A program made the translations under genes and the position numbers. A stretch of 64,000 nucleotides of DNA from Eledone cirrhosa (Eukaryota): assembly GCA_964016885.1 (NCBI GenBank), contig OZ024751.1:50158001-50222000 (forward strand), in the 5' to 3' direction. The notes below the pieces were generated by a model, which did no database searches, had not been told where the DNA came from, and saw only the letters and a program-made list of their open reading frames with translations. Position 1 is the first letter of the stretch; each line of letters opens with the position of its first letter. This document shows positions 44,367-54,519 of this stretch, in pieces.

Positions 44367-44856
44367 AAGTAAAAGACAACCCAAATCACTTAAACGCATT
44401 CTCACTGGACCAAATATACCCAAACCAATCCTCAACCCTACAGTTACCAAATGTGGTAGAACAAACTGTGGAACGTGCCTCTACCTCACTGAAGGACAAA
44501 CATTTACATTCAAAGATGGCCAAACATTTACAGTAAAAAACAATTTCACCTGCAACTCGGAGAACTTGATTTACGCAATAACTTGCGGTGGGTGCAAACA
44601 CAACTACATAGGACAGACGGGCACCTCATTACGCAAAAGAATGACCATCCACCGCCAACAAATCCGGGACGCTAACACAAGAAAAATCCCCTTGAGCAGC
44701 CATATTGCGAACTGCACAGGAATGACACTACCCAACTTTAAAATCTTCCCCTTCTACAAGTGCTCAGATTCGTTCACACAGCAACAAAGAATAAACAAAG
44801 AAAATCTATTCCTTAACAAATTTAAACCAAAACTAAACGGGTTATCACCCCAATAG
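44356..44856 (+). pseudogene. Zn-linker plus GIY-YIG endonuclease of family B, frameshifted off the RT
   Basis: KILKSKRQPKSL..KCGRTNCGTC..TCNSENLIYAITCGGCKHNYIGQTG..R.RM..H. Removing the duplicated 10-mer gatccttaaa (~44347) restores one RT-EN frame. Confidence 0.9.
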
Positions 44857-45500
44857 AATTGTCATAAAATATAAACACACATACGCACGGAATCACTACT
44901 ATTAAAGACCAGAGACCAATTCTGTAGAATCAGGTTTATTCGTTGACAGACCATGCCTTTGTGTGACCAACACATCCATGTTAAACCCTGCACGTGCACA
45001 CACATATATCTATATATATATGCGCACACAGAATTCACCACTGTCGGTTGCGGGGCCCAATCTACATGAAGAACTCAATGTGATCAGAATGACTTGTATT
45101 TTAATTTCACTGTCCCAACTTCTTATATTATGGAAAAAATATATGTGTCTGTATGTATATATATATATATATTTGAAGGCCATTTCTCTGTGTGTGGGTG
45201 TATGTATGTGTATATGTGTGTGTGTGTGTATGTGGATGTATGTATTGTGTGTGCGTGTGTGTGTGTGTGTATGTATGTGTGTATCTGGATGTATGCGTAT
45301 GTGTATATATATATATATATATGCGTGTGTGTGTGTGTATATATATGTGTGTGTATATGTATATATATATGTGTGTGTGTGTGTATGTTTGTATGTGTGT
45401 ATGTATATATATGTGTGTGTGTGTGTATGTATGTGTGGGGTGTGTGTGTGTGCGTGTGTGTATGTATGTGTGTATCTGGATGTATGTGTATGTATATATA

Positions 45501-45533
<33 letters not shown>

Positions 45534-45997
45534 GTGTGTGTGTATGTGTATATATGTGTGTGTGTGTGTATGTATATGTATGTGTGCGTGTATGTATGTG
45601 TGTATATGTATATATATATATATATATATGTATATGTATATGTATATGTATGTATGTGTGGATGAAGGTATGTGTGTATATATAGGTGTAAGTGCACTAA
45701 ATCCCTTTCTATCACGCTCCACTCTCCTACCCACCACAGGAAGATATGTGTATGTATATTGCTTCCACCCCCTCACTGACCAGCAGCTGGCCAGTTGACG
45801 ATTGCTAAATCTGACCTTTATAAAATAACCCACACCCCAAATAACTTCTCATTCACTACCAGAAAGGGACACAGCAGTCAACCTGTTGTTGCTACCTAGA
45901 TGAAAACTGCTATGAAATCCCACAATGAATTTTATACTTGAATTTTCAAACCTCAAATTTTAACTCATCGTATTATTAATTTTTCTTAATATTAATC

Positions 45998-46045
45998 AAC
46001 ATTTGAAAAGATGGCTTTTGCAGACCCATCGAAACCGGTCATTTT
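45998..46045 (+). ncRNA. Hammerhead-like motif in the family B pseudo-LTR (variant or degenerate core)
   Basis: at TTGAAAA gatgg..ccatc GAAA ccgg TC at. Stem II, GAAA, palindromic stem III and GUC are present; the 5' core has two deviations from CUGANGA. Confidence 0.6.
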
Positions 46046-46181
46046 TTATACCCTTTATTATTTCCTTACCTTATAAAATTATGTTTTTTCACAAAAAAGT
46101 ATTCTGTCTCTTATATATTCCATGTGCCATTACCAACCTCAATTTTCTCTATAACCTTCGTTTTGTGTAGAAAATTACACT

Positions 46182-46687
<506 letters not shown>

Positions 46688-46717
46688 TATGTATATATAT
46701 ATAGATAGATAGATAGA

Positions 46718-46750
<33 letters not shown>

Positions 46751-46753
46751 TTA

Positions 46754-46802
<49 letters not shown>

Positions 46803-47189
46803 AATGAATATATATATGTGTGTGTGTGTGTATATATATATGTGTATGCATATATATATGTATCTATATATACAAGTATGTATATAAATTGTTGAATAAA
46901 CCCATGTGTACTTTCTTCCTGTAAATATTTTTCTGAGTTTTCCTTCTTCGTACTCTCATTTACTTTTCTATTTCTCCTTTTATATCTCAGCCTATCTCCT
47001 GATGAAGAGCTAACATCTGAAACATTACGATTATTTTCCTACTATATCAAGCGTTAAACTAATATATATCATCATTCTACTGTAATGTTCTCCTGTGTTG
47101 TTTTTCTCTGGTGACTTTTCGAATGGAACAGCTCTAGTCATGTACAATGCAATTCTATAATAAAAGAATATATATATATATTGATATAT

Positions 47190-47257
<68 letters not shown>

Positions 47258-47303
47258 ATATATTGATATATATACACAGTATATATTGATATATCTACAC
47301 ACA

Positions 47304-47361
<58 letters not shown>

Positions 47362-47460
47362 CTTTTTTTTTAATGTAGGTGTAAACCGTGTTCGGCACCC
47401 AATTAGCGTAATTCCAAAGTGAAGTCGTGTCGACACAATGATGACTGCTACCTGGCATGG

Positions 47461-47531
<71 letters not shown>

Positions 47532-47533
47532 GA

Positions 47534-47610
<77 letters not shown>

Positions 47611-47884
47611 GGGAGAGAGATCAGTTTAACATATCTGTATTTCCGTTACGTGTGTTTCATTTATGGTCCAGTTCAAAATTATTCATATTTCCATAACATG
47701 AATAAGTAGCCATAGATAACGACAAGAATTGAACTTTATTTATCGACATTGGACGGATGATAAACAAAGTTAACCCTAGCAGGATTTGAACTTAGATTAC
47801 AAGGAGCCGTAAAAAAATACTCAATATTATTTTGTTTGACACTCTATTACTTCAGTGAATTCATCACCGGAGTTTATCAAGCCA

Positions 47885-48444
47885 TACACAAGTGTGGATG
47901 GACGCAATAATATTAATTCAAATACATATACATACATACAAACTTACGTAAATGCATGTGAGACATGGACGTGGTTCCGAAGTCTAAAATATAAACACCC
48001 ACAACTACACCAGAACACATGACAGTACAATAAATATTCTGAAGCTTAAGGGAATCTCTGCTATATAAATTTGAGTCTAGCTGACGTATTTGACATTCTC
48101 AGTGGGAACATAGGAAGGCTTTGTATTAAATACTAAACCAAGTAGATGTAAAGAAGAATCCCGGAAGAATAGACTACGTGCTAGCCAGGATAGAAGAAAA
48201 CAACAGCAACAGCTTCAGAAATTCTACTGTTGATAAGCATGACAGAATGAGGCACTAAGATGTCAGAATTTAAGGAAATGATGCCCCATCATATCTCTTG
48301 CCGTGTTGACAAGATGGAGATAATTACAAGAATATAAATGTGTACGAGAACTGTTCTACAGGGAAATAAACTTACACAAGTGTGGATGGACGCAATAATA
48401 CTAATTCAAATACATATACATACATACAAACTTACGTAAATGCA
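47885..48444 (+). mobile_element. Degenerate LINE (possibly RTE) fragment 47957-48372 between 72-bp direct repeats
   Basis: tacacaagtgtggatggacgcaataata..cttacgtaaatgca at 47885-47956 and 48373-48444. The insert begins CETWT, which resembles the RTE post-RT motif; the rest is too decayed to translate. Confidence 0.5.
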
Positions 48445-48517
48445 CGTATGTGTAAATAAATACATATACAATATACACACACACACTCACAAACATAGGC
48501 AAATATATATATACATA

Positions 48518-48560
<43 letters not shown>

Positions 48561-48568
<8 letters not shown>

Positions 48569-48784
48569 TAAAATAACAGATTAATGTTTAAGCAAAGAAT
48601 CTGCTTTCACCCTTAACGGGATCTTCAGAAGATCCCGTTAAGGGGGAAAGCAGCGATTCTTTGCTTAAACTTTAATCTGTTATTTTAATAAATATTTGCT
48701 CTACGGTTCTTATATATTTGATATATATTTATCCTTATCGAGCCCTCTTTGGATTTTAGTCTTCAAATTTATTATTATTATTAC
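48561..48784. mobile_element. Fold-back element, family F (~89-nt tail on the right); fragments at 16243-16305, 36277-36380, 39873-39913 and 60551-60626
   Basis: Arms centred on atcttcagaagat; HHR-like CUGAAGA-UCCC guuaa GGGU-GAAA-GCA..UGC-UU on the minus strand (48586-48630). Confidence 0.85.
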
Positions 48785-48810
48785 TATATATATATATATA
48801 TATATATATA

Positions 48811-50735
48811 CGGTAAATTTCTTTAAGTCGTTTGGAAGCCTCGACAATGCAAATGGGTAAATCTCCGGGTAACAAGATCCGGTGGTGGAGAGAGAGATGT
48901 AAGTGGGTGTACGTTGAGATGCGTGGCGTGTATAAGACATGTAGAGGAATGAAGGAAAGAGCATAAAGGATAAAATTAAAATAACAACACGAGAGAGAGT
49001 TACCTTGGGATAGATTTAATTGTCCCTATATATTTCGGATTCTTATCCCTCAACTGGGGTTTTTTCCGGGGTGGGGGAAAGGTTGTCTGTCGGAAAGGTG
49101 CGAAACGCGTCCTCCGCTGTTCGTTGTTTTGAATATCTGAGGTATTCAGCAGAGCGCGCGTGCGCGTGAAATGGGGTCGGTCGGGCAGAGGTCAGCGGCC
49201 GAAGTAGTTCTTTCAATTGTAGGAGTGGGGTGGCGCTAGCTGTCAGTCCATTCTCTGCCTGTTTGTTAAATGTTACTGTCTGTGTGTGTGCGTGTGTTGT
49301 TGTCTCGCTTGAGTGTGTGTGTGCGTGTGTTGGTGCCTTGTTCCTCTGTATTGGCAGTGTAGTATGTTCGTATGGTGGAATGCTACTGTGTGTGTGTGTG
49401 TGCGTGTGTGTGTTGTTGTCTCGCTTGTGTGTGTGTGCGTGTGTGTGTTGTTGTCTCGCTTGTGTGTGTGTGCGTGTGTTGCTGCAGCGTTTGTTAACTT
49501 AAACCAAGCACTTCATTTCGCTTCTCTCAAATCGATTGTTTATTTGTGGTTCTAGGCGTTTCATCCAAAGTGCTTCCTTGATACGTAACGTGCCGACGTT
49601 TCTTTCAGTCGCTAGAATTGTGACAATGGGCCTTCCGTCTTTGTTTCCGCATTTGTCTATGTGTTTCCGGAAAGACGAGGCCCTGGTTTTAGTGTGTTCC
49701 TTGATCCGGATGTGCAAAGGTCAGATTGTGCTACCTATATAGTATTGGTTGCACTTGTTACATTCTATCTTATACACGACGTATGTGCGTAGGCAACAGT
49801 TCGCATGGCGTATCGGGCAGTCTCTGAGGGAGCACGCGTCAGTTGATTTCCCGGGTTTCCTGGAGAGACATCTTCGCAGGGAGGGGCCCGAGTGGGCCAA
49901 GTAGATGTCGAGGCCCTCCCTCCGTATAGCCTTGCGGATAGCGTTGGTGGTATTCTCGCCCAGGTGTGGCATTTTAAGGAAGCACTTGCCTTGGGTACCT
50001 CTGTCTCTTGTGTCTGGTGTCTCCTACTCTGTCTGTGAGCGAGGTAGTGTACCCGTTCGTCTCCAGCACCTCGAGGAATCGCTTGGTATGAGTGACACCA
50101 CTCGCGGGATCGCTGCATCTGTTTTTGATTCGCGCGATCTCGTTCGTGATGTATCCTCTTTTGGCACTGTTAGGGAGGGCGGACTTGTAGTGAACGAACA
50201 GGTCCCTGCAGGCTGCCTTTCGGTAGAAGTTGCAGTGGATCCTTCCCTGTTCCGTGAATTTGATTCGGAAGTCGAGGAGGGCAAGTGACCCGTCTTCATT
50301 GGGGTGTTCAACACTGAAGTCAAAAAAACGATGTCATCCCAAACACTATCAGGAACATCCGCTTACCAGTAAGCCTACGTACACCAGCTTTCCAAAACAA
50401 CACTAACCGCATATATCGCACGTGTATTAAACAGATCCTGAGACATCTCAACCGCCAATTACACGTCCATAAGCGGACACTCTCAGAGCGGACACATCGA
50501 CTGTCAATAGCACCCGGCGACTTACTCCTGAAAATCACTAAAGCAATCGACCAGTGCTACCACTCCAGAGTCCAATACGAGAAAAAACGGCTCAAGCGAA
50601 AATATGAGTGGATCTTGTCGAAACGCCACAACGAGAACATCGACACTAACCCATTTACATTGTCGAGGCTTCCAAACGACTTAAAGAGATTTACCTTATT
50701 ATTCCACAATGCTTCAAGCAAACTTCAATACTCTC
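48811..50735 (-). mobile_element. Rearranged, 5'-truncated PLE, family C (Nematis-like)
   Basis: Minus strand 50320 to 49499 reads FSVEHPNEDGSLALLDF..FYRKAA..HYKSALP..CSLRDCPI..CLRTYVVYKIECNKCNQYYIGSTI*PLHIRIKEH..LRIKEAL..P.IN, with one frameshift and one stop. The pLTR end at 48812-48858 recurs inverted at 50649-50695, followed by a 40-nt tail. Clade assignment is from recalled motifs. Confidence 0.88.
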
Positions 50736-50747
50736 ATATATATATAC

Positions 50748-50818
<71 letters not shown>

Positions 50819-51610
50819 GATAATGCATTTTGGTTCCTGAGGTTTCCCGAACCACCATCCACAGAATTTTAACGGAAAAGTTGCAATATCGGAAGGAGAC
50901 CTTACTTTTGGGATTGCCTTCGTATATATAGGAAAATATTCAGGACCCCGACGGCAGAACTCAAGCCGTTTTGACGGCTATTTCTGGACTATATATATAT
51001 ATATGATATATATATATATATATATATATAGCGGCGATGAATTAGTTTTGCGAGGTTTTTTATATGAAATCGTGTGTCGAAACAGATATTGTTATATTTG
51101 GGGAGGGTCATATTTGCGTAATATTGCCAGAATTAATAACAGAACACACTCACTGTTTGGTTGGTTTTCGCTTCTCGCTGTCTTTTATATATATATATCT
51201 GCGATCTAACTTACTCGGTCCTCAATGTTGCCATTGACTGACCGGCGGTCAAAAATAATACAGATACAATATAGACAAACACTTATATATATAGTTTACA
51301 TAAATCTTTCGTTGCACATCTGCAACATCGTCAGTGGTGTTATATTCATTGTTCCTCCTGTTGTGTTGTATGTCTACGCCATTTTTTTGTTCAGTCTGTC
51401 TATATATTTATTTATTTATTTGCTTGTTTGTTTATCTTATTTTATTTTGTCTTCTTTGCGCATGCGTTTGCGTGTGTGTATAGTGTTATGTGTGATGTGT
51501 GATGTGTGACTAGTGTGTATAGTGTTGTCTGCTGGGTGACTAGTGTGTGTTTATGTGCTTGTGTATGTATTTATTTATCTTATTTTATTTAATTTAATTT
51601 ACTTATTTAT

Positions 51611-54517
51611 TTATACTTCTCTTAGGTCAGTGTTGTTTGTTTGGGTGTTGTTGTTGTTCCACTCATTCTTTCTGTTTAGCTTTGGTCTTCTAATTTCTAT
51701 TTCACTGGCCTCTCTGATTTGCCTATCTGCTGGGTCATTCCTATGTTTAGATATTATTCTAATTTCTATGTTGTCTATGTTACCGTCATGATGTTGTCTA
51801 GCATGTTCGTATAGTACTGACCCGTTTTTTCGTCCTTTTAGTTCCCCCCAGTGTTGGTCTATCCTTTCACCTATGCTACGAGCTGTCTCACCTATGTATG
51901 TTGTTGTCGTGTTTCTGCAAGTACCCTCTGTACATCTTATGCTATAGACTACGTTTCTAGTTTTACAGTTTATCCGGGGGTTCACCTTACATATGATACA
52001 TTTCCTATTGGTACAGTGGGTTTTCTTAAAAGGGTAGGTTTTGCTGATCAGGGATTTTATGGTGGTTCCTGGCTTTTCTACCACCTTTATTTTTAAGTGG
52101 GTCTTTCTCAGGGCCTTTCTACACTGGTTAGCTAATTTCCCTCCAGGGGTGGCGTCCACAAACATGACACTCTGATATCTCTGGTTGTCGTACCATGATG
52201 TGGCCTTCCCTATCTTATGTCTAGCCCTATCTAAGCTATTCCATGATTTGCTCCTGTATAGTGGGCAAATTCCTTTCATGTCCAGTTCTATGAGGGTCTT
52301 ATACTTTTCCATGGCTCCTTCGTATACTCTGACTCTGTCTCTTTGGTTGTAGCCAGAGAACTGCATGCGGTTGATGAAGTGTTGGATGTGTCCTTCCATT
52401 TCTGTTGGGTCGCACATGCTGGACACATTCTTCATCACTCGTACCAAATCTGCGATCAGAATATTAAACTTAGCACTACTGGACATTGCTGAGTTTTTGA
52501 GTATCAGGTATTTGGAGGCCATGGGTTTAGCATAGTGTGAGTGGAGAATTTGGGCTCTCTCGTCTATAGTGTTAATCCAGAGTTCTGTGTCTAATACAGG
52601 TAGTCTATTGTTAGGGTGTTTGGAAGGGAAGTCTATAGTTACAGTTATACTCTGGTGTATGGAATTAGCTATCTGCTGGATGCTTTCCATCGTGCTACGT
52701 TCTAAATCAAACTTGTTAGTGCTCTCTAGTGGGGGTGTTCTTATAACTATATTGATATCGTCTACATAACGAGAGTACATGATGAGGTCTATGGAGCCTT
52801 CATTAAGGAGATCTTTAAGTCTCCTTTCCCACCATACCATGAAAAGGTTGGCAACATCGCCAGCTATGCTGACGCCGATGGCTGCTCCCTCATTTTGGGT
52901 GTAGATTTTCTCATTGAACTTAAATATGTGGCCCTTTAGGGTAGTTTTGATACTAGCCCCTATTGCATGTGCGACCATTTTTCTTACCTGATCAGTGTTT
53001 TGGGGGGTCCGTATAGCTTTGGTCCACCCAATCCACCTTCCTATGGGAGTCTTTTTAGCCATTGAGGTTATGGTGGGGGGTCTACCTCTTATAGGTCTAC
53101 TAGGGCAGAAACATCTAAGGTCATGGCTGTCTAGGTAGTCAGTGTCGTAGGTAAGTCTAAGTAGGAGGCCCAGTTCGTCTGTGTCGACGTCGCAGAACTC
53201 CACCTCACTCTCAATGATCATCTCCACACATCTTTTCACAGCAAAATCAATGTTAATGGATGGGTACAGTGACACCACATCCATGCTGCCTATTATGCAG
53301 TTGGATAGGCTCCTGTTTTTGTTGCACTCACTGATTCTGCTGAGGAGGTCCTCTGTACTTTCACATACATCTGGGGACATCTTGATTATGGGGCGTATAA
53401 CCATTGAGAGGAAGTAGGAGATCCTGTAGTTGCTAGCTATATTAGCTCCGCATACAGGTCTTGTTGGTGGTCCTATTGTCGGGTCGTCGACTGTCTTGTG
53501 GTCTTTGCGGAGCCCATACAAGGGTGGTATGCCATTGTTAGACGCCTGGAAGTTGTTGGCAGTGCGTCTGCTTGGCTTTAGGATGTCAGTCCACATCATC
53601 ATGTGAGCGTTGAGGATTTTTTCTCTCCCATCGTGTGTTAGTTGTGCAACTTCGCTCGTGTTGGTGATGTGGGGTTGCATTGCCTCGATGTAGTTCGGCA
53701 TGCTATCTATTGACATCCTACCAGACTTATCTGTGGGTAGACACACTACCTCACCATCCCTTGTGCGCTGCTTGAGGCTAACCAAGCCTTCTACAGGTTT
53801 TATCCCAAGTTGTTGGGCCTCTGGTCTGCTCTGTCTCATAGTGTACCTGTCTACTACTTGTCTAATCTTATTTCTAGCTATGGTGAACTGTGCCTCCGTC
53901 TCGTCATCTATTTGTTGTGGTATGCAAACTCTTTTATTAAAGGGTAACCTCGTAGGATAGATATTACCCATCTTATATGTTTTGTCAGCTGGGTTGAAAA
54001 ATAGTTTCTCTAAGGGGTTGTCGTTATTTCTATCGTCATAGTTGTGTGTGTTGCTATTATTGTTATCATGGTGGTTGTTGTTGTTTCTATCCTTAGCATT
54101 AATATTATTATTGTTATGATTGCTAGATGTATTGTTGTTTACTTCACCGTTATTGTTGTTGTTACTGCTATTTCTACCATTGTGGTTGTTACTATTATTA
54201 TGTTTCTTGTTTTTGTTGATGTTGCTACATGTACTATTTCCATTATTACCACTGTGGTTATTGTTGTTGTTGTTGTTCGTATTGTTACCGTTATTACTAC
54301 TGTGGTCACTGTTGCTGTGTCTGTGGTTAACGTTTCTATTATTATTATTATTGTGGTTGTTGTTGTTCTGTCTATCGCTAGTATTATTACCATTATCACT
54401 ATTTCTCACTTTCCTGCCATTGTTATGGTTATGGCTGTTATTTCTATACCCAGAGTTATTGTTTATATTACTACTACCGTTATTATTGTTGTTGTTGTTT
54501 ACCTTTGCATTCCAACG
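51611..54517 (-). CDS. PLE RT-GIY-YIG polyprotein, 5'-truncated at the inversion junction
   Basis: The frame stays open beyond the track's GTG start (54409) up to the junction (RWNAKVNNN..). Motifs TDKS, LYGLRKDHK, TRPV, SMDVVSLYPSI, QNEGAAIG, RYVDD, PVLD, HYAKP, CxxxxCxxC and VVYSIRC..YIGET.R..ER..QH. No internal stops. Confidence 0.93.
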   Translation of the reverse strand, partial: RWNAKVNNNNNNNGSSNINNNSGYRNNSHNHNNGRKVRNSDNGNNTSDRQNNNNHNNNNNRNVNHRHSNSDHSSNNGNNTNNNNNNNHSGNNGNSTCSNINKNKKHNNSNNHNGRNSSNNNNNGEVNNNTSSNHNNNNINAKDRNNNNHHDNNNSNTHNYDDRNNDNPLEKLFFNPADKTYKMGNIYPTRLPFNKRVCIPQQIDDETEAQFTIARNKIRQVVDRYTMRQSRPEAQQLGIKPVEGLVSLKQRTRDGEVVCLPTDKSGRMSIDSMPNYIEAMQPHITNTSEVAQLTHDGREKILNAHMMMWTDILKPSRRTANNFQASNNGIPPLYGLRKDHKTVDDPTIGPPTRPVCGANIASNYRISYFLSMVIRPIIKMSPDVCESTEDLLSRISECNKNRSLSNCIIGSMDVVSLYPSINIDFAVKRCVEMIIESEVEFCDVDTDELGLLLRLTYDTDYLDSHDLRCFCPSRPIRGRPPTITSMAKKTPIGRWIGWTKAIRTPQNTDQVRKMVAHAIGASIKTTLKGHIFKFNEKIYTQNEGAAIGVSIAGDVANLFMVWWERRLKDLLNEGSIDLIMYSRYVDDINIVIRTPPLESTNKFDLERSTMESIQQIANSIHQSITVTIDFPSKHPNNRLPVLDTELWINTIDERAQILHSHYAKPMASKYLILKNSAMSSSAKFNILIADLVRVMKNVSSMCDPTEMEGHIQHFINRMQFSGYNQRDRVRVYEGAMEKYKTLIELDMKGICPLYRSKSWNSLDRARHKIGKATSWYDNQRYQSVMFVDATPGGKLANQCRKALRKTHLKIKVVEKPGTTIKSLISKTYPFKKTHCTNRKCIICKVNPRINCKTRNVVYSIRCTEGTCRNTTTTYIGETARSIGERIDQHWGELKGRKNGSVLYEHARQHHDGNIDNIEIRIISKHRNDPADRQIREASEIEIRRPKLNRKNEWNNNNTQTNNTDLREV

Positions 54518-54519
54518 TA

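Larger units (their letters stand above)
41036..46186 (+). mobile_element. Near full-length Penelope-like element, family B (Neptune-like)
   Basis: Inverted pseudo-LTR piece 41036-41163; direct terminal repeats 41164-~41310 and 46044-~46190; ORF1, RT, Cys-rich linker (CGRTNCGTC) and GIY-YIG. Flanked by (GA)n and (TA)n. Confidence 0.93.

Noticed and set aside
46995-47035. ctc CTGATGA aga..tct GAAA motif, and a similar decayed one at 15301-15335 (minus)
   Set aside because: Probably old HHR relics, but stems I/III and the cleavage triplet cannot be formed.
49095-49115. Plus-strand GAAACGCGTC HHR-like half in element C
   Set aside because: It is on the wrong strand for the element and has no upstream CUGANGA. 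The more plausible but degenerate motif is on the minus strand at ~49022-49060 (core CAGUUGA).
49721-49723. In-frame TGA in the family C endonuclease as possible selenocysteine (as in some Naiad PLEs)
   Set aside because: It falls at the conserved Arg (IGST.R), is explained by CGA>TGA, and this copy also has a frameshift.
54505-54519. TTG start of the 793-aa ORF and GTG start (54409) of the 932-aa ORF as real initiation sites
   Set aside because: Both are artefacts of the ORF caller; both copies are truncated at the inversion junction.
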